Part shown: positions 9,014 through 17,969 of the stretch, piece after piece
Position numbering within the stretch: the stretch's first letter is position 1
How the letters are laid out: the number at the start of each line of letters is the position of its first letter
Assembly (NCBI GenBank): GCA_037440005.1
Contig: JBBIUY010000007.1
Span: forward strand, 37,222-101,221
Origin: Armatimonadota bacterium
GTDB taxonomy: Bacteria > Sysuimicrobiota > Sysuimicrobiia > Sysuimicrobiales > Kaftiobacteriaceae
Direction: 5' to 3'
DNA: 64,000 bases
Notes under the pieces: generated by a model
Seen by the model: only the letters and a program-made list of their open reading frames with translations
Told to the model about the DNA's origin: nothing
Database searches by the model: none
Program-made: the position numbers and the translations under genes

Positions 9014-10234
9014 CTAGCCGGGCCGGGCGGCCGCCGGCATCACATCCCTCCAGGTGGCGACCACCGCCTCCGCCACCTGGTCCACCTCCGCCTCGGTGTG
9101 CGCGGCGGTGACGGTGACGCGCAGGCGGCTGGTCCGGGGCGGCACGGCCGGGGTGACGATGGGCGGGACGAACACCCCCCGGTCGAACAGACGGCGGGCC
9201 ATCCGCAGCGCCGCCTCGTCGGACCCGGTGATCACGGGCACGATGGGGGTGGGGTCGTCCCGCACCTCCAGGCCCCCCGCCCGCAGGGCCGCGCGCAGCC
9301 GGCGGGCGTGGGACTGCAGGCGCGCGACCCGCTGGGGTTCCGCTTCGATCACGTCCAGAGCCGCCAGGGATGCCGCCGCGCTGGGCGGAGGCAGCGCCGC
9401 CGAGAACACGAACGCCCGGGAGGCGTGCTTGAGCAGGGCCACCAGATCGGCCCGCCCGGCGATGAACCCGCCCACCGAGGGGATGCTCTTGGACAGCGAG
9501 CTCATGACGATGTCCACCGCCCCGGCCAGGCCGAAGTGACTCTGGATGCCCCGGCCGTCCCGTCCGAGCACGCCCAGGGAGTGGGACTCGTCCACCATCA
9601 GCCACGCCCCGCGCCGCCGGCACACGTCCACCAGGGCCGGCAGGTCGGCGACGTCGCCGTCCATGCTGAACACCGCGTCCACCACCACCAGCGTCCCCGC
9701 CCCCGGCGGCGCCTCCCGGAGCGCCCGGTCCACGGCGGCCACGTTGTTATGGGGGACCCGCACCAGCCGCGCTCCCGACAGCAGGCAGCCGTCGATGATG
9801 CTGGCGTGGTCCAGCTTGTCGGCCACCACCACGTCGCCCCGGCCCACCAGGGTGGAGATGCAGGCCACGTTGGCCACGTAGCCGCTGCTGTAGGCGACGG
9901 CGGCATCGGCGCCCACGAAGGCCGCGATCCGCCTCTCCAGGCGGTCGTGCAGGTCGGTGTTGCCCGCCAGCAGCCGCACCCCGTGGGTGCCGGGGCCGTA
10001 CCGTTCGGCCGCCTCCCGCACGGCGGCCTGGATGGCCGGATGTCCCAGCAGGCCCAGGTAGGAGTACGACGAGCCCAGCAGCACCCGCCGGCCGCCGATG
10101 GTCACGTGGGCGCCGTCCACGGCCTCCACCGGCTGCAGGTACAGGTACAGGTCGCGTTCCTGCACGCGCCGCACGCGCTCGGCAAACTCGCGGACGCGGC
10201 GGGTGATGGGGTTGGCCTCCACGGGCTGCGGCAT
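9014..10234 (-). CDS. Alpha-oxoamine synthase family enzyme (class II PLP; SPT/BioF/Kbl-like)
   Basis: SYLGL, SGYVAN, DHASIIDG, DAVFSMDGD, DESHS, SLSKS, SRLRVTVTA. Confidence 0.9.
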   Translation of the reverse strand: MPQPVEANPITRRVREFAERVRRVQERDLYLYLQPVEAVDGAHVTIGGRRVLLGSSYSYLGLLGHPAIQAAVREAAERYGPGTHGVRLLAGNTDLHDRLERRIAAFVGADAAVAYSSGYVANVACISTLVGRGDVVVADKLDHASIIDGCLLSGARLVRVPHNNVAAVDRALREAPPGAGTLVVVDAVFSMDGDVADLPALVDVCRRRGAWLMVDESHSLGVLGRDGRGIQSHFGLAGAVDIVMSSLSKSIPSVGGFIAGRADLVALLKHASRAFVFSAALPPPSAAASLAALDVIEAEPQRVARLQSHARRLRAALRAGGLEVRDDPTPIVPVITGSDEAALRMARRLFDRGVFVPPIVTPAVPPRTSRLRVTVTAAHTEAEVDQVAEAVVATWRDVMPAAARPG

Positions 10235-10330
10235 GGGCCTTGGCAAGCCCGTTCGCCGGGGCCGGTCGGGAAGCCTGCCGGTCCCGTCTTCCGGCCCGGC
10301 GGGGATGGGCATACTGACAGGGAGACCGCC

Positions 10331-10825
10331 GTGTGAGGGGTACCGATTCTCCGCAAGCTGCTCCAGGCTCAGCGCGCCGCGTCGGCGGCGGACCTGAACG
10401 GGACCATCGAGGGCCGGATCGGCCTGGTCACCGGCTCCGGTACGATCCTCCCCTGCGCCCGTGCGCCGGTGTACCTGCTGGTCAAGCCCCTCGACATGGA
10501 CGAGGTCAGGCAGAAGGCCGCCCGGGACGGCGTGTTCAACCCCCTGCTGGCCCACATGTTCGTAGAGTACGTCGTCTCCAGCCCCGAGGTGCAGAGGCGG
10601 CTGGCCTACGCGCGCACCACGACCGACGCCCGGGGGCGTTTTGTCTTCTCCAACCTGCCCGGCGACCGGTGGTACTACGTGGTGGCCCAGGCCCTCACGG
10701 GCAAGGCCCTGGCCAGCTGGCAGGTGGCCGTGTACCTGTACCCCAGAGAGCGGGTGCAGATCTTTCTCCACAACGCCAACGCCGCCCTGCCCGTCTACGT
10801 ACCCTCCGGCGGTCCGTCCGCCTAG
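10331..10825 (+). CDS. Hypothetical protein with carboxypeptidase-regulatory/prealbumin-like domain; 5' end interrupted (TGA at codon 2 or a frameshift)
   Basis: TTTDARGRFVFSNLPG motif. The frame is open from 10337. RBS GGAG precedes GTG-TGA at 10331. Confidence 0.6.
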
Positions 10826-10888
10826 GCTCCCGGGGTGCCGGCGCCCCTCCCGGTACCCCCGGCGGGAGCGGGCCGCTATGATGGGGAC

Positions 10889-12517
10889 GTGGGCGCCCCA
10901 GGCGCGCGCTACGACGTCATCGTGGTGGGGGCGGGTCACAACGGGCTGGTGACGGCCGCGTACCTGGCCCGGGCCGGGCTGCGGGTGCTGGTGCTGGAGA
11001 GGCGGCCGCGGGTGGGGGGCGCCTGCGTCACCGAGGAGGTGTGGCCGGGCTATCGGGTCAACACCGCCGCCTACCTGTGCGGCCTCCTGCAGCCGCGGAT
11101 CGTGGCCGAATTGGACCTGCCGCGCTACGGCTACGAGATCCTCCCCAAAGACCCGGCGTTCTTCAGCCCCTTCCCCGACGGGACCCGCCTGTTTGTCTGG
11201 CGCGACGAGCGCCGCACCTCCGACGAGATCGCCCGGTTTTCGGTCCGCGACGCCCGGACCTACCCCGCCTACGAGGCCTTCCTGGCCCGGGTGGCCGACC
11301 GCATCGAGGCCTGGCTGCTGACCACCCCGCCCGACATCCTGCGCCGCCGCTGGCAGGATCTGGCGGGGGCGGGCCGGCTGGCGCTGGATCTGCTGCGCCT
11401 GCCCCCCGCCGACCTGGCCCGGGCGCTGCAGATGCTGACCCAGAGCGCCCGGGACTTCCTGGACGCCTGGTTCGAGTCCCCCCAGCTGAAGGCGTCCCTG
11501 GCCACCGACGGCGTCATCGGCGCCCGGGGCGGGCCGTCCACCCCCGGGACGGCCTACGTCCTGTTCCACCACTGCATGGGTCGCGCGGCCGGCAAGAGGG
11601 GGTTGTGGGGGTTTGTCCGGGGCGGGATGGGGCAGATCAGCGAGGCGCTGGCGGCCTGCTGCCGCCGCCACGGCGCCCAGATCCGCACCGACGCCGAGGT
11701 GGCGCAGATCCTGGTGGCGGACGGACGCGTCCGGGGGGTGGTGCTGGCCGACGGGACCGAGCTGCTCTCTCCGGTGGTGGCGAGCAACGCGGACCCCAAA
11801 CGCACCTTCCTGCGCCTGGTGCCGGCGGACGCGCTGGATCCGGAGTTCCGTCGCGAGGTGGAGCGGATCCGCACCGACGGCGTGGCCATGAAGATCAACC
11901 TGGCCACCGACGGGCTGCCCGTCTTCCCGGCGGCTCCGGGCGGCGGGCGGGCCGGACCGGGCCCGGAGCACCGGGCCACCATCCACATCGGCCCCACCAT
12001 GGAGTACATCGACCGGGCGTGGGAGGACGCCAGGGAGGGTCGCCCCTCGCGGGAACCGTTTGCGGAGATCACCATCCCGACGGTCTACGACCCGACCCTG
12101 GCGCCGCCAGGCCGGCACGTCATCTCCATCTTCGTTCAGTACACCCCCTACCGGCTGGCCGAGGGGTCCTGGGATGACCTCAAAGAGCGCTACGCCGACC
12201 GGGTGCTGGAGGTGGTCGCCCGGTACGCTCCCAACATCGCGGACATCGTCGTCCACCGGCAGGTCCTCAGCCCCCTGGACCTGGAGCGCGACTTCGGCCT
12301 CAGCGGCGGGGACATCTTCCACGGGGAGATGACTCCCGACAGGCTGTTCTTCTTCCGACCCCTACCGGGCTGGGCCCAGTACCGCACCCCGGTGCGGGGG
12401 CTGTACCTGTGCGGGTCGGGCGCGCACCCCGGGGGCGGAGTGATGGGCGCGCCGGGCTACAACGCCGCCCGGGAGATCCTGCGGGACTGGAGGCGGCTGA
12501 GCCAGGCCGGAGGATGA
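10889..12517 (+). CDS. Phytoene-desaturase-like NAD(P)/FAD oxidoreductase (PYROXD2-like)
   Basis: GAGHNGL, VGGACVTEE, VRGGMG, GGDIFHG, LYLCGSGAHPGGGVMGAPGYNAA. Confidence 0.9.
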   Translation: MGAPGARYDVIVVGAGHNGLVTAAYLARAGLRVLVLERRPRVGGACVTEEVWPGYRVNTAAYLCGLLQPRIVAELDLPRYGYEILPKDPAFFSPFPDGTRLFVWRDERRTSDEIARFSVRDARTYPAYEAFLARVADRIEAWLLTTPPDILRRRWQDLAGAGRLALDLLRLPPADLARALQMLTQSARDFLDAWFESPQLKASLATDGVIGARGGPSTPGTAYVLFHHCMGRAAGKRGLWGFVRGGMGQISEALAACCRRHGAQIRTDAEVAQILVADGRVRGVVLADGTELLSPVVASNADPKRTFLRLVPADALDPEFRREVERIRTDGVAMKINLATDGLPVFPAAPGGGRAGPGPEHRATIHIGPTMEYIDRAWEDAREGRPSREPFAEITIPTVYDPTLAPPGRHVISIFVQYTPYRLAEGSWDDLKERYADRVLEVVARYAPNIADIVVHRQVLSPLDLERDFGLSGGDIFHGEMTPDRLFFFRPLPGWAQYRTPVRGLYLCGSGAHPGGGVMGAPGYNAAREILRDWRRLSQAGG

Positions 12518-12975
12518 AGATCTACCTCGTCCACCACGGGGAGGCCGTCCCCGACGAGCAGGATCCCCGGCGCCCCCTCACCGCCCGGGGGCGGGCCGAC
12601 GCGGCCGCGGTGGCGTGCTGGGCCGTGGAGAGAGCCGGTGCCCGGGTGGGCTGCGTCCGGCACAGCGAGAAGCTGCGGGCGGCGCAGACGGCGCAGGCGT
12701 GGCGGGAGGTCCTCCCGTCCGCGCAGCTGATCCCCGACCCGCGCCTGAATCCGTCGGCCGATCCTGCGGCGCTGGCCGCAGACCTGGCGGGCGAGGAGCA
12801 GGATCTGGTGCTGGTGGGTCACCAGCCGTTTTTGGGCCGCCTGGCGGCCGTGCTGGTGTGCGGGGATGTGGACCGGCCTGTCCTGGCGCTGCCCGCCGCC
12901 GGAGCGGCCTGCCTGGAGCGCGGGCCGCACGGAGGCTGGTCCGTCCGCTGGGTGGTCGGGCCCGACCTGCTGTAG
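12514..12975 (+). CDS. sixA: Phosphohistidine phosphatase SixA
   Basis: MKIYLVHHGEA, RPLTARG, HSEKLRAAQTA, LVGHQP. Confidence 0.85.
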   Translation: MKIYLVHHGEAVPDEQDPRRPLTARGRADAAAVACWAVERAGARVGCVRHSEKLRAAQTAQAWREVLPSAQLIPDPRLNPSADPAALAADLAGEEQDLVLVGHQPFLGRLAAVLVCGDVDRPVLALPAAGAACLERGPHGGWSVRWVVGPDLL

Positions 12976-13012
12976 ACCGCCAGGGGTTCCACGCGCCCCC
13001 GGCCCTCGTCTG

Positions 13013-16000
13013 CTACGCTGTCAGCGCCCCGGCGGCGCGGACGAAGTTCGATGCACCCATTCGGGCAAACAGGTCCCGCGCGCGTCCCGCCGCCTCCCGG
13101 GCCTCCGCCGGACGGCTGAGGGCTTGGAGGGCCTCCCCGTACTTCAGCAGCGCCAGGGCCAGGTCGAACCGGTACTCCTGGCCGGGCCGGTCCAGTATCC
13201 GCAACGCGTGCCCGAACAGCGCCAGTGCCTCCTCGGTCCGTCCCTGGGCGGCGCGGATCCGGCCCAGCGTCGCCCGGTGGGTGGCGTGGGGGACCTCGTC
13301 GGCGGGGTCCAACCCTTCCAGAGACCGCTCCCCGAACTCGGCAGCCGCCGTCAGGTCTCCCCGGGCCAGGTGCCACTCGGCCAGAGCCCGCAGCACGGAC
13401 GGGGAGTCCGCCGGGCCTCCGTGCTCGCTCAGCAGCGCCCGGGCCGACGCGATCTCGCGCCCGGCCTCGTCCACCCGTCCCCGGCGCAGCAGGTGCATTG
13501 CCAGGTGGCGGCGGGTGTACGCTTCCGCGTCCCGGCTGCCGACCTCGCGCCAGATGGCCGCCGCCTCCAGGAAATACCGGACGCATTCGCCCGACTGCCC
13601 GGCCAGGTGCTCCACGATCCCCAGCCCCACCAGGGCGCGGGCCTCGCTGGGCCGTTCCCGGTGGGCTCTGGCCAGGCTCAGGGCGTCGGCGAGGGTCTTG
13701 CGGGCGCGGGCGATCTCTCCCGCGTCCAGGATCGCCCGGCCCAGAAACGCGGTCGCGCGGGCCTGGCCTTTGCCGTCGCCCAGGGCCCGGTAAAGTTCCA
13801 GGGCGGTGCGGTAGGCCAGCCGGGCCTTGCTCAGCCGTCCCCGCAGGGAGTGGGTGATGATCCCCAGCAGCTCGCCCGCCTCCGCCTCGCCCTGCCGGTC
13901 GCCCAGGCGGCGGAAGGCGATCCGGGCTCGCCGGAGCGCGCCCTCGGCCGCCTGCAGGTTGGCCCGGTCGTATTCGGCGAAGGCGCGGTTCAGCCAGGCC
14001 CGGGCCCGCAGGTCCGGCCGCCCCAGGGCACCGGCCACCTCCAGCACCCGCTGCGTGCTCTCCAGCACCTGGTCCGGGACCGCCATCCAGCGGATGATGT
14101 CGGAGTAGTCGGTGAGCAGCTCGGCGTGCAGGGACGGGTCCGAGTCCAGCCCCGCCGCCCGCAGGATGCTGAGGGCGCGCTCGTACTGACGGCGGGCTTC
14201 CGGCAGGGCGCCGAGGACGGCGGCACGCCCGGCGGCGCTGCGGAGGGCGTCCACGGCTGCCCGGGCCAGGTCTCCCGCCGGCACCCCGGCGTCCACCGCG
14301 TACCGCCAGGCCTGCTCCCGGTGGTGGGCCAGCACGTCCAGGCCCTCCTCGCCGTGGGCCGCGGCCGTCCGGTGCAGCCACCGGGCCAGCCGGTGGTGGC
14401 GCTCGCTGCGGACGGCCTTGGGGATGGTGCCGTAGGCCACCTCCCGGATGAGAGCGTGGGCGAAGGCGAACTCCCGCTCCCCCGCCAGGGCCGAGGTGGG
14501 ACGTTCGACGACGAGTTCCCGTTCGACCAGACGCTGCAGGGCGGCGGCCACTTCCTCCTCCCTCACGTCGTCGACGGCGGCGATCGCTCCCGGCCAGAAG
14601 ATCCGTCCCACCACCGAGGCGTCCTGGAGGACGCGCTTGTCCAGAAGGTGCAGCAGGTCCAGCCGGGACAGGATCAGGCCGTGGACGGTGTCGGGGATCC
14701 GGATGTCCAGGGACGAGGACGCCCACCGCCACCGGCCTCCCTCCTGCACCAGCCGGCCCTCGTCCGCCAGCATGAGCAGGATCTCCCCCAGAAAGAACGG
14801 GTTGCCTTCGGCCCGGGCCAGAATGGCCTGCTGCACCTCGGCGGGCAGGGCCGGCTCGCCCAGCGCCGCCTCGATCAGGCGGGTCGCCTCCGGCGCCGAC
14901 AGGGGAGCCAGGGAAACCGTCGTGTGGTCCCGCACGCCCAGGCCCCAGGCGGGATGGCGGTCCCGCAGTTCGGGCCGGGCCAGGCAGATGATCATCAGCG
15001 CGGCGTCGCCGCTGCGCGCCGCCAGGCGCTCCAGCAGTTCCAGCAGGCTGGGCTCCGCCCAGTGGGCGTCCTCCACCACCAGCACCACCGGGGCCGTGCG
15101 GGCCAGGGACGCGGCAAAGGCCCCGAAGGCGTGGACCACCGCCTCACCGCCGGGAGGCGGAGCGTCCGATCCAGGGGCGCGTCCGCGGGACGCCCGGGCG
15201 TCCAGGGCGGGCGTCGGCCCGCGCAGCCGGTCCGGCTGGCCGGCCACGGCCGCGGGCCGGCCGTCTCCCGCCAGCGCCGCCAGCACCCCGGCCGCGGTCT
15301 GGGCGTCGTCGGGGCCCAGGACCGGCTCGCACACCCGCGCGATCTCCCTCGCTAGCCGGGCGGCCGCGTCGGGGTCGTTGTCCTGCACCCCGCAGCGTTC
15401 TTTGAGCATCTCCACCAGAGGCCGGTAGGTCAGCCCCTCGCCGTAGGCCGCGCAGCGGCCCCGCAGGACGTGGGGCGCCCCGGGGAGCGTCCGCACCTCC
15501 AGCAAAAACTCCTCCACCAGGCGGGTCTTGCCGATGCCGGCGGGTCCGACGATGGTCACCAGGTGGCCGTGGGATCCGTCGCGGACGCGCCGGAACAGGG
15601 CCCGCAGCACGTCCAGCTCCTCCCTGCGGCCCACCAGGGCGGCCTGCAGCCTCCGGACCGGCGGCCGGTCCGGCAGGCCCGTCACCAGCCACACCCGGCG
15701 TTCCCCAAACTCCGCCGGCCCCTCGGGCAGGACCTCGCAGGTCGCCCGGCCGCGCAGCGCCTCCCGGGTGCGATCGTCGATCACGGTCCCGCCGGGCGGG
15801 GCCGCAGCCTGCATCCGCGCCGCGAAGGCGACCACGTCCCCGGTCGCCATGAACTGGCCCCCCGCGGCGGCCCGGAGGTCGGCCACCACCTCGCCGGTGG
15901 CGATGCCGGTCCGCAGCCGCAGGTCGGCGCCGACGTCGGCGGACAGCGCGTCCATGCGCCCCTGCATCGCCAGGGCCGCCCGCAGGGCGCGTTCGGGGTC

Positions 16001-16393
16001 GTCCTCGTGGGCGGTGGGCAGGCCGAAGACCGCCATGACGGCGTCGCCGATGAACTTCTCCACGACGCCTCCGTGCCGCGCGATCTCCTCGCCCATGGCC
16101 TCAAAGAACCGGGCCATCAGCGTCCGCATCGGCTCCGGATCCATCCGCCGGGCCAGCGCCGTGGAGCGCACCAGGTCGGCGAACAGGACGGTGACGACCC
16201 GCCGCTCGGACAGGGGGATGTCCACCAGCGCCGTCCCGCACCGCAGGCAGAAGCGCACCCCCGCCGGGTTGGTCGCTCCGCAGACCGGGCAGACCGTCCG
16301 CAGCGGCGCGCCGCAGGCCATGCAGAAACGGGCCTGAGGCGGGTTGGCGGCGCCGCACCGGGTGCAGGGGAGGACGTCGGCGGTGGTGGTCAT
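13013..16393 (-). CDS. Double zinc ribbon + class III nucleotide cyclase + STAND NTPase + TPR protein
   Basis: Four CxxC motifs, ERRVVTVLFADL, EKFIGDAVMAVFG, LVGRREEL, GPAGIGKTRL, VEDAHWA, GNPFF, C-terminal helical repeats. Confidence 0.9.
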   Translation of the reverse strand: MTTTADVLPCTRCGAANPPQARFCMACGAPLRTVCPVCGATNPAGVRFCLRCGTALVDIPLSERRVVTVLFADLVRSTALARRMDPEPMRTLMARFFEAMGEEIARHGGVVEKFIGDAVMAVFGLPTAHEDDPERALRAALAMQGRMDALSADVGADLRLRTGIATGEVVADLRAAAGGQFMATGDVVAFAARMQAAAPPGGTVIDDRTREALRGRATCEVLPEGPAEFGERRVWLVTGLPDRPPVRRLQAALVGRREELDVLRALFRRVRDGSHGHLVTIVGPAGIGKTRLVEEFLLEVRTLPGAPHVLRGRCAAYGEGLTYRPLVEMLKERCGVQDNDPDAAARLAREIARVCEPVLGPDDAQTAAGVLAALAGDGRPAAVAGQPDRLRGPTPALDARASRGRAPGSDAPPPGGEAVVHAFGAFAASLARTAPVVLVVEDAHWAEPSLLELLERLAARSGDAALMIICLARPELRDRHPAWGLGVRDHTTVSLAPLSAPEATRLIEAALGEPALPAEVQQAILARAEGNPFFLGEILLMLADEGRLVQEGGRWRWASSSLDIRIPDTVHGLILSRLDLLHLLDKRVLQDASVVGRIFWPGAIAAVDDVREEEVAAALQRLVERELVVERPTSALAGEREFAFAHALIREVAYGTIPKAVRSERHHRLARWLHRTAAAHGEEGLDVLAHHREQAWRYAVDAGVPAGDLARAAVDALRSAAGRAAVLGALPEARRQYERALSILRAAGLDSDPSLHAELLTDYSDIIRWMAVPDQVLESTQRVLEVAGALGRPDLRARAWLNRAFAEYDRANLQAAEGALRRARIAFRRLGDRQGEAEAGELLGIITHSLRGRLSKARLAYRTALELYRALGDGKGQARATAFLGRAILDAGEIARARKTLADALSLARAHRERPSEARALVGLGIVEHLAGQSGECVRYFLEAAAIWREVGSRDAEAYTRRHLAMHLLRRGRVDEAGREIASARALLSEHGGPADSPSVLRALAEWHLARGDLTAAAEFGERSLEGLDPADEVPHATHRATLGRIRAAQGRTEEALALFGHALRILDRPGQEYRFDLALALLKYGEALQALSRPAEAREAAGRARDLFARMGASNFVRAAGALTA

Positions 16394-16481
16394 GGCCGGT
16401 ACAGCCAGTCTACCGGCGGGGGGAAGGCCCGACAAGGCCGACGAAGGTACTCCGTACGCCCCCAGGAGGGAGGGGTCCGCC

Positions 16482-17537
16482 GTGGACACGGTGTCGCTGC
16501 TGCACACCCTTACCGACGCGTTCGGCGTGGCCGGATTTGAGGACGAGGTCCGCGAGGCGATCCGGCGCCTGGTGGAACCCTTTGCCGACGAGGTGCGCAC
16601 CGACGTGCTGGGCAACCTCCTGGTCACGCGCCGGGGCCGCTCGGAGGCCACGGTCATGCTGGACGCCCACATGGATGAGATCGGGCTGATCGTCAACCAC
16701 ATCGACGAGAAGGGCTTTGTGCGCTTTGCCACCCTGGGCGGGTGGGACACCCGCATCCTGCCCGCCCAGGCGGTCACCATCCGGACCCGCGACGGCCGCC
16801 GGGTCCGCGGGGTGATCGGCAGCCTGCCCCCGCACGTGCTGAAGCCCGACGAGCGCGACAAGCCGATCCCCCTGGAGTCGCTGGCCATCGACGTGGGAGC
16901 CGCCTCCGCGGCCGAGGCCCGCGGATTGGGGCTGCAGGTGGGCGATCCCGCGGTGCTCGGGCACCCTCTGCAGGTCCTGCGGGAGGGGTGGGTGGTGGGC
17001 CGGAACTTCGACGACCGGGCCGGGTGCGCGGTCCTGGTGAGGGTGCTGGAGGCCCTGGCCGCCCGGACACCCGACGCCACCGTGGTGTGCGCGTTCGCGG
17101 TCAGCGAGGAGACGGGCCTGCGGGGCGCACGGACCGCCGCCTACCAGGTCAACCCGCAGGTGGCTCTGGCGGTGGAGGCCACTGCCGCCGCCGACCTGCC
17201 CGGCGTGGCGCCCCAGCGGCAGCCCACGGCGGTGGGCGCCGGGGCGGCCATCACCGTGGCCGACCAGTCCATCGTGGTCAGCCAGAGGATGGTGCGGGCC
17301 CTGGAGGACCTGGCCCGCCGCCACGAGGTGCGCTACCAGATCAAATTGCCGGTGTACGGGGGGACCGACGCGGGCGCCATCCACACGACCCGGGCCGGAG
17401 TCCTGGCCGGGGTGGTGTCGGTCCCCGTGCGGTACATCCACTCGCCGGTCGGCCTGATGGCCCTGGACGACTTCGAGCAGGTCGTCCGCCTGGTCACGGC
17501 CTTCGCCCTGGAGGCCCGGGAACTGTTCGGGTTGTAG
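16482..17537 (+). CDS. M42 family metallopeptidase
   Basis: DAHMDEIG, NFDDRAG, EETGLRGA, GGTDAG, RYIHSP. Confidence 0.92.
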   Translation: MDTVSLLHTLTDAFGVAGFEDEVREAIRRLVEPFADEVRTDVLGNLLVTRRGRSEATVMLDAHMDEIGLIVNHIDEKGFVRFATLGGWDTRILPAQAVTIRTRDGRRVRGVIGSLPPHVLKPDERDKPIPLESLAIDVGAASAAEARGLGLQVGDPAVLGHPLQVLREGWVVGRNFDDRAGCAVLVRVLEALAARTPDATVVCAFAVSEETGLRGARTAAYQVNPQVALAVEATAAADLPGVAPQRQPTAVGAGAAITVADQSIVVSQRMVRALEDLARRHEVRYQIKLPVYGGTDAGAIHTTRAGVLAGVVSVPVRYIHSPVGLMALDDFEQVVRLVTAFALEARELFGL

Positions 17538-17577
17538 CGTCTGATCCCCGGTCCCGGCGAGGGGTATCCCCGGAAAG

Positions 17578-17608
17578 CGGCGAGGGCCCGCCGGGCGGGC
17601 CCTCGCCG
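17578..17608. terminator. Hairpin between convergent genes
   Basis: 14-bp perfect stem cggcgagggcccgc/gcgggccctcgccg. Confidence 0.5.
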
Positions 17609-17642
17609 GAAAGACGGGTGGATGAAGCCTGGTGCCCGGACG

Positions 17643-17837
17643 TTACTGGCTGGGCATCCAGCTCTCGCCTGAGGGCGTCCAGGGCGCCGACGGCTGGGAC
17701 GGCCCCTGGCCCGGCATCTCCATGGGCTTGGCGGCCTTCTTCCGGGCGGCAGGCTTGCGCGCCACCTTCCGAACTGCCCGGCGCGCCGGCCTCTTCTTTG
17801 CCGCTCGGACCTTCTTGGCTGCCTTCTTCCGCGCCAC
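17643..17837 (-). CDS. Small Lys/Arg/Ala-rich basic protein (histone H1-like), 64 aa
   Basis: RBS GGAGG before GTG. MARKKAAKKVRAAKKRPARRAVRKVARKPAARKKAAK followed by a Pro/Ser tail. Confidence 0.7.
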   Translation of the reverse strand: MARKKAAKKVRAAKKRPARRAVRKVARKPAARKKAAKPMEMPGQGPSQPSAPWTPSGESWMPSQ

Positions 17838-17969
17838 GCGTCCTCCCCCCTTACCTCGGTGGTCTCCCCGCGCGACCTCACCGGAAGGTCTTCGCGACCT
17901 GCCGGCATGCTCCTCCGCACGCCAATTCATCGCGGCGCGTTCGAGGTCCTGCCGGCGCGGGCGATTTCC

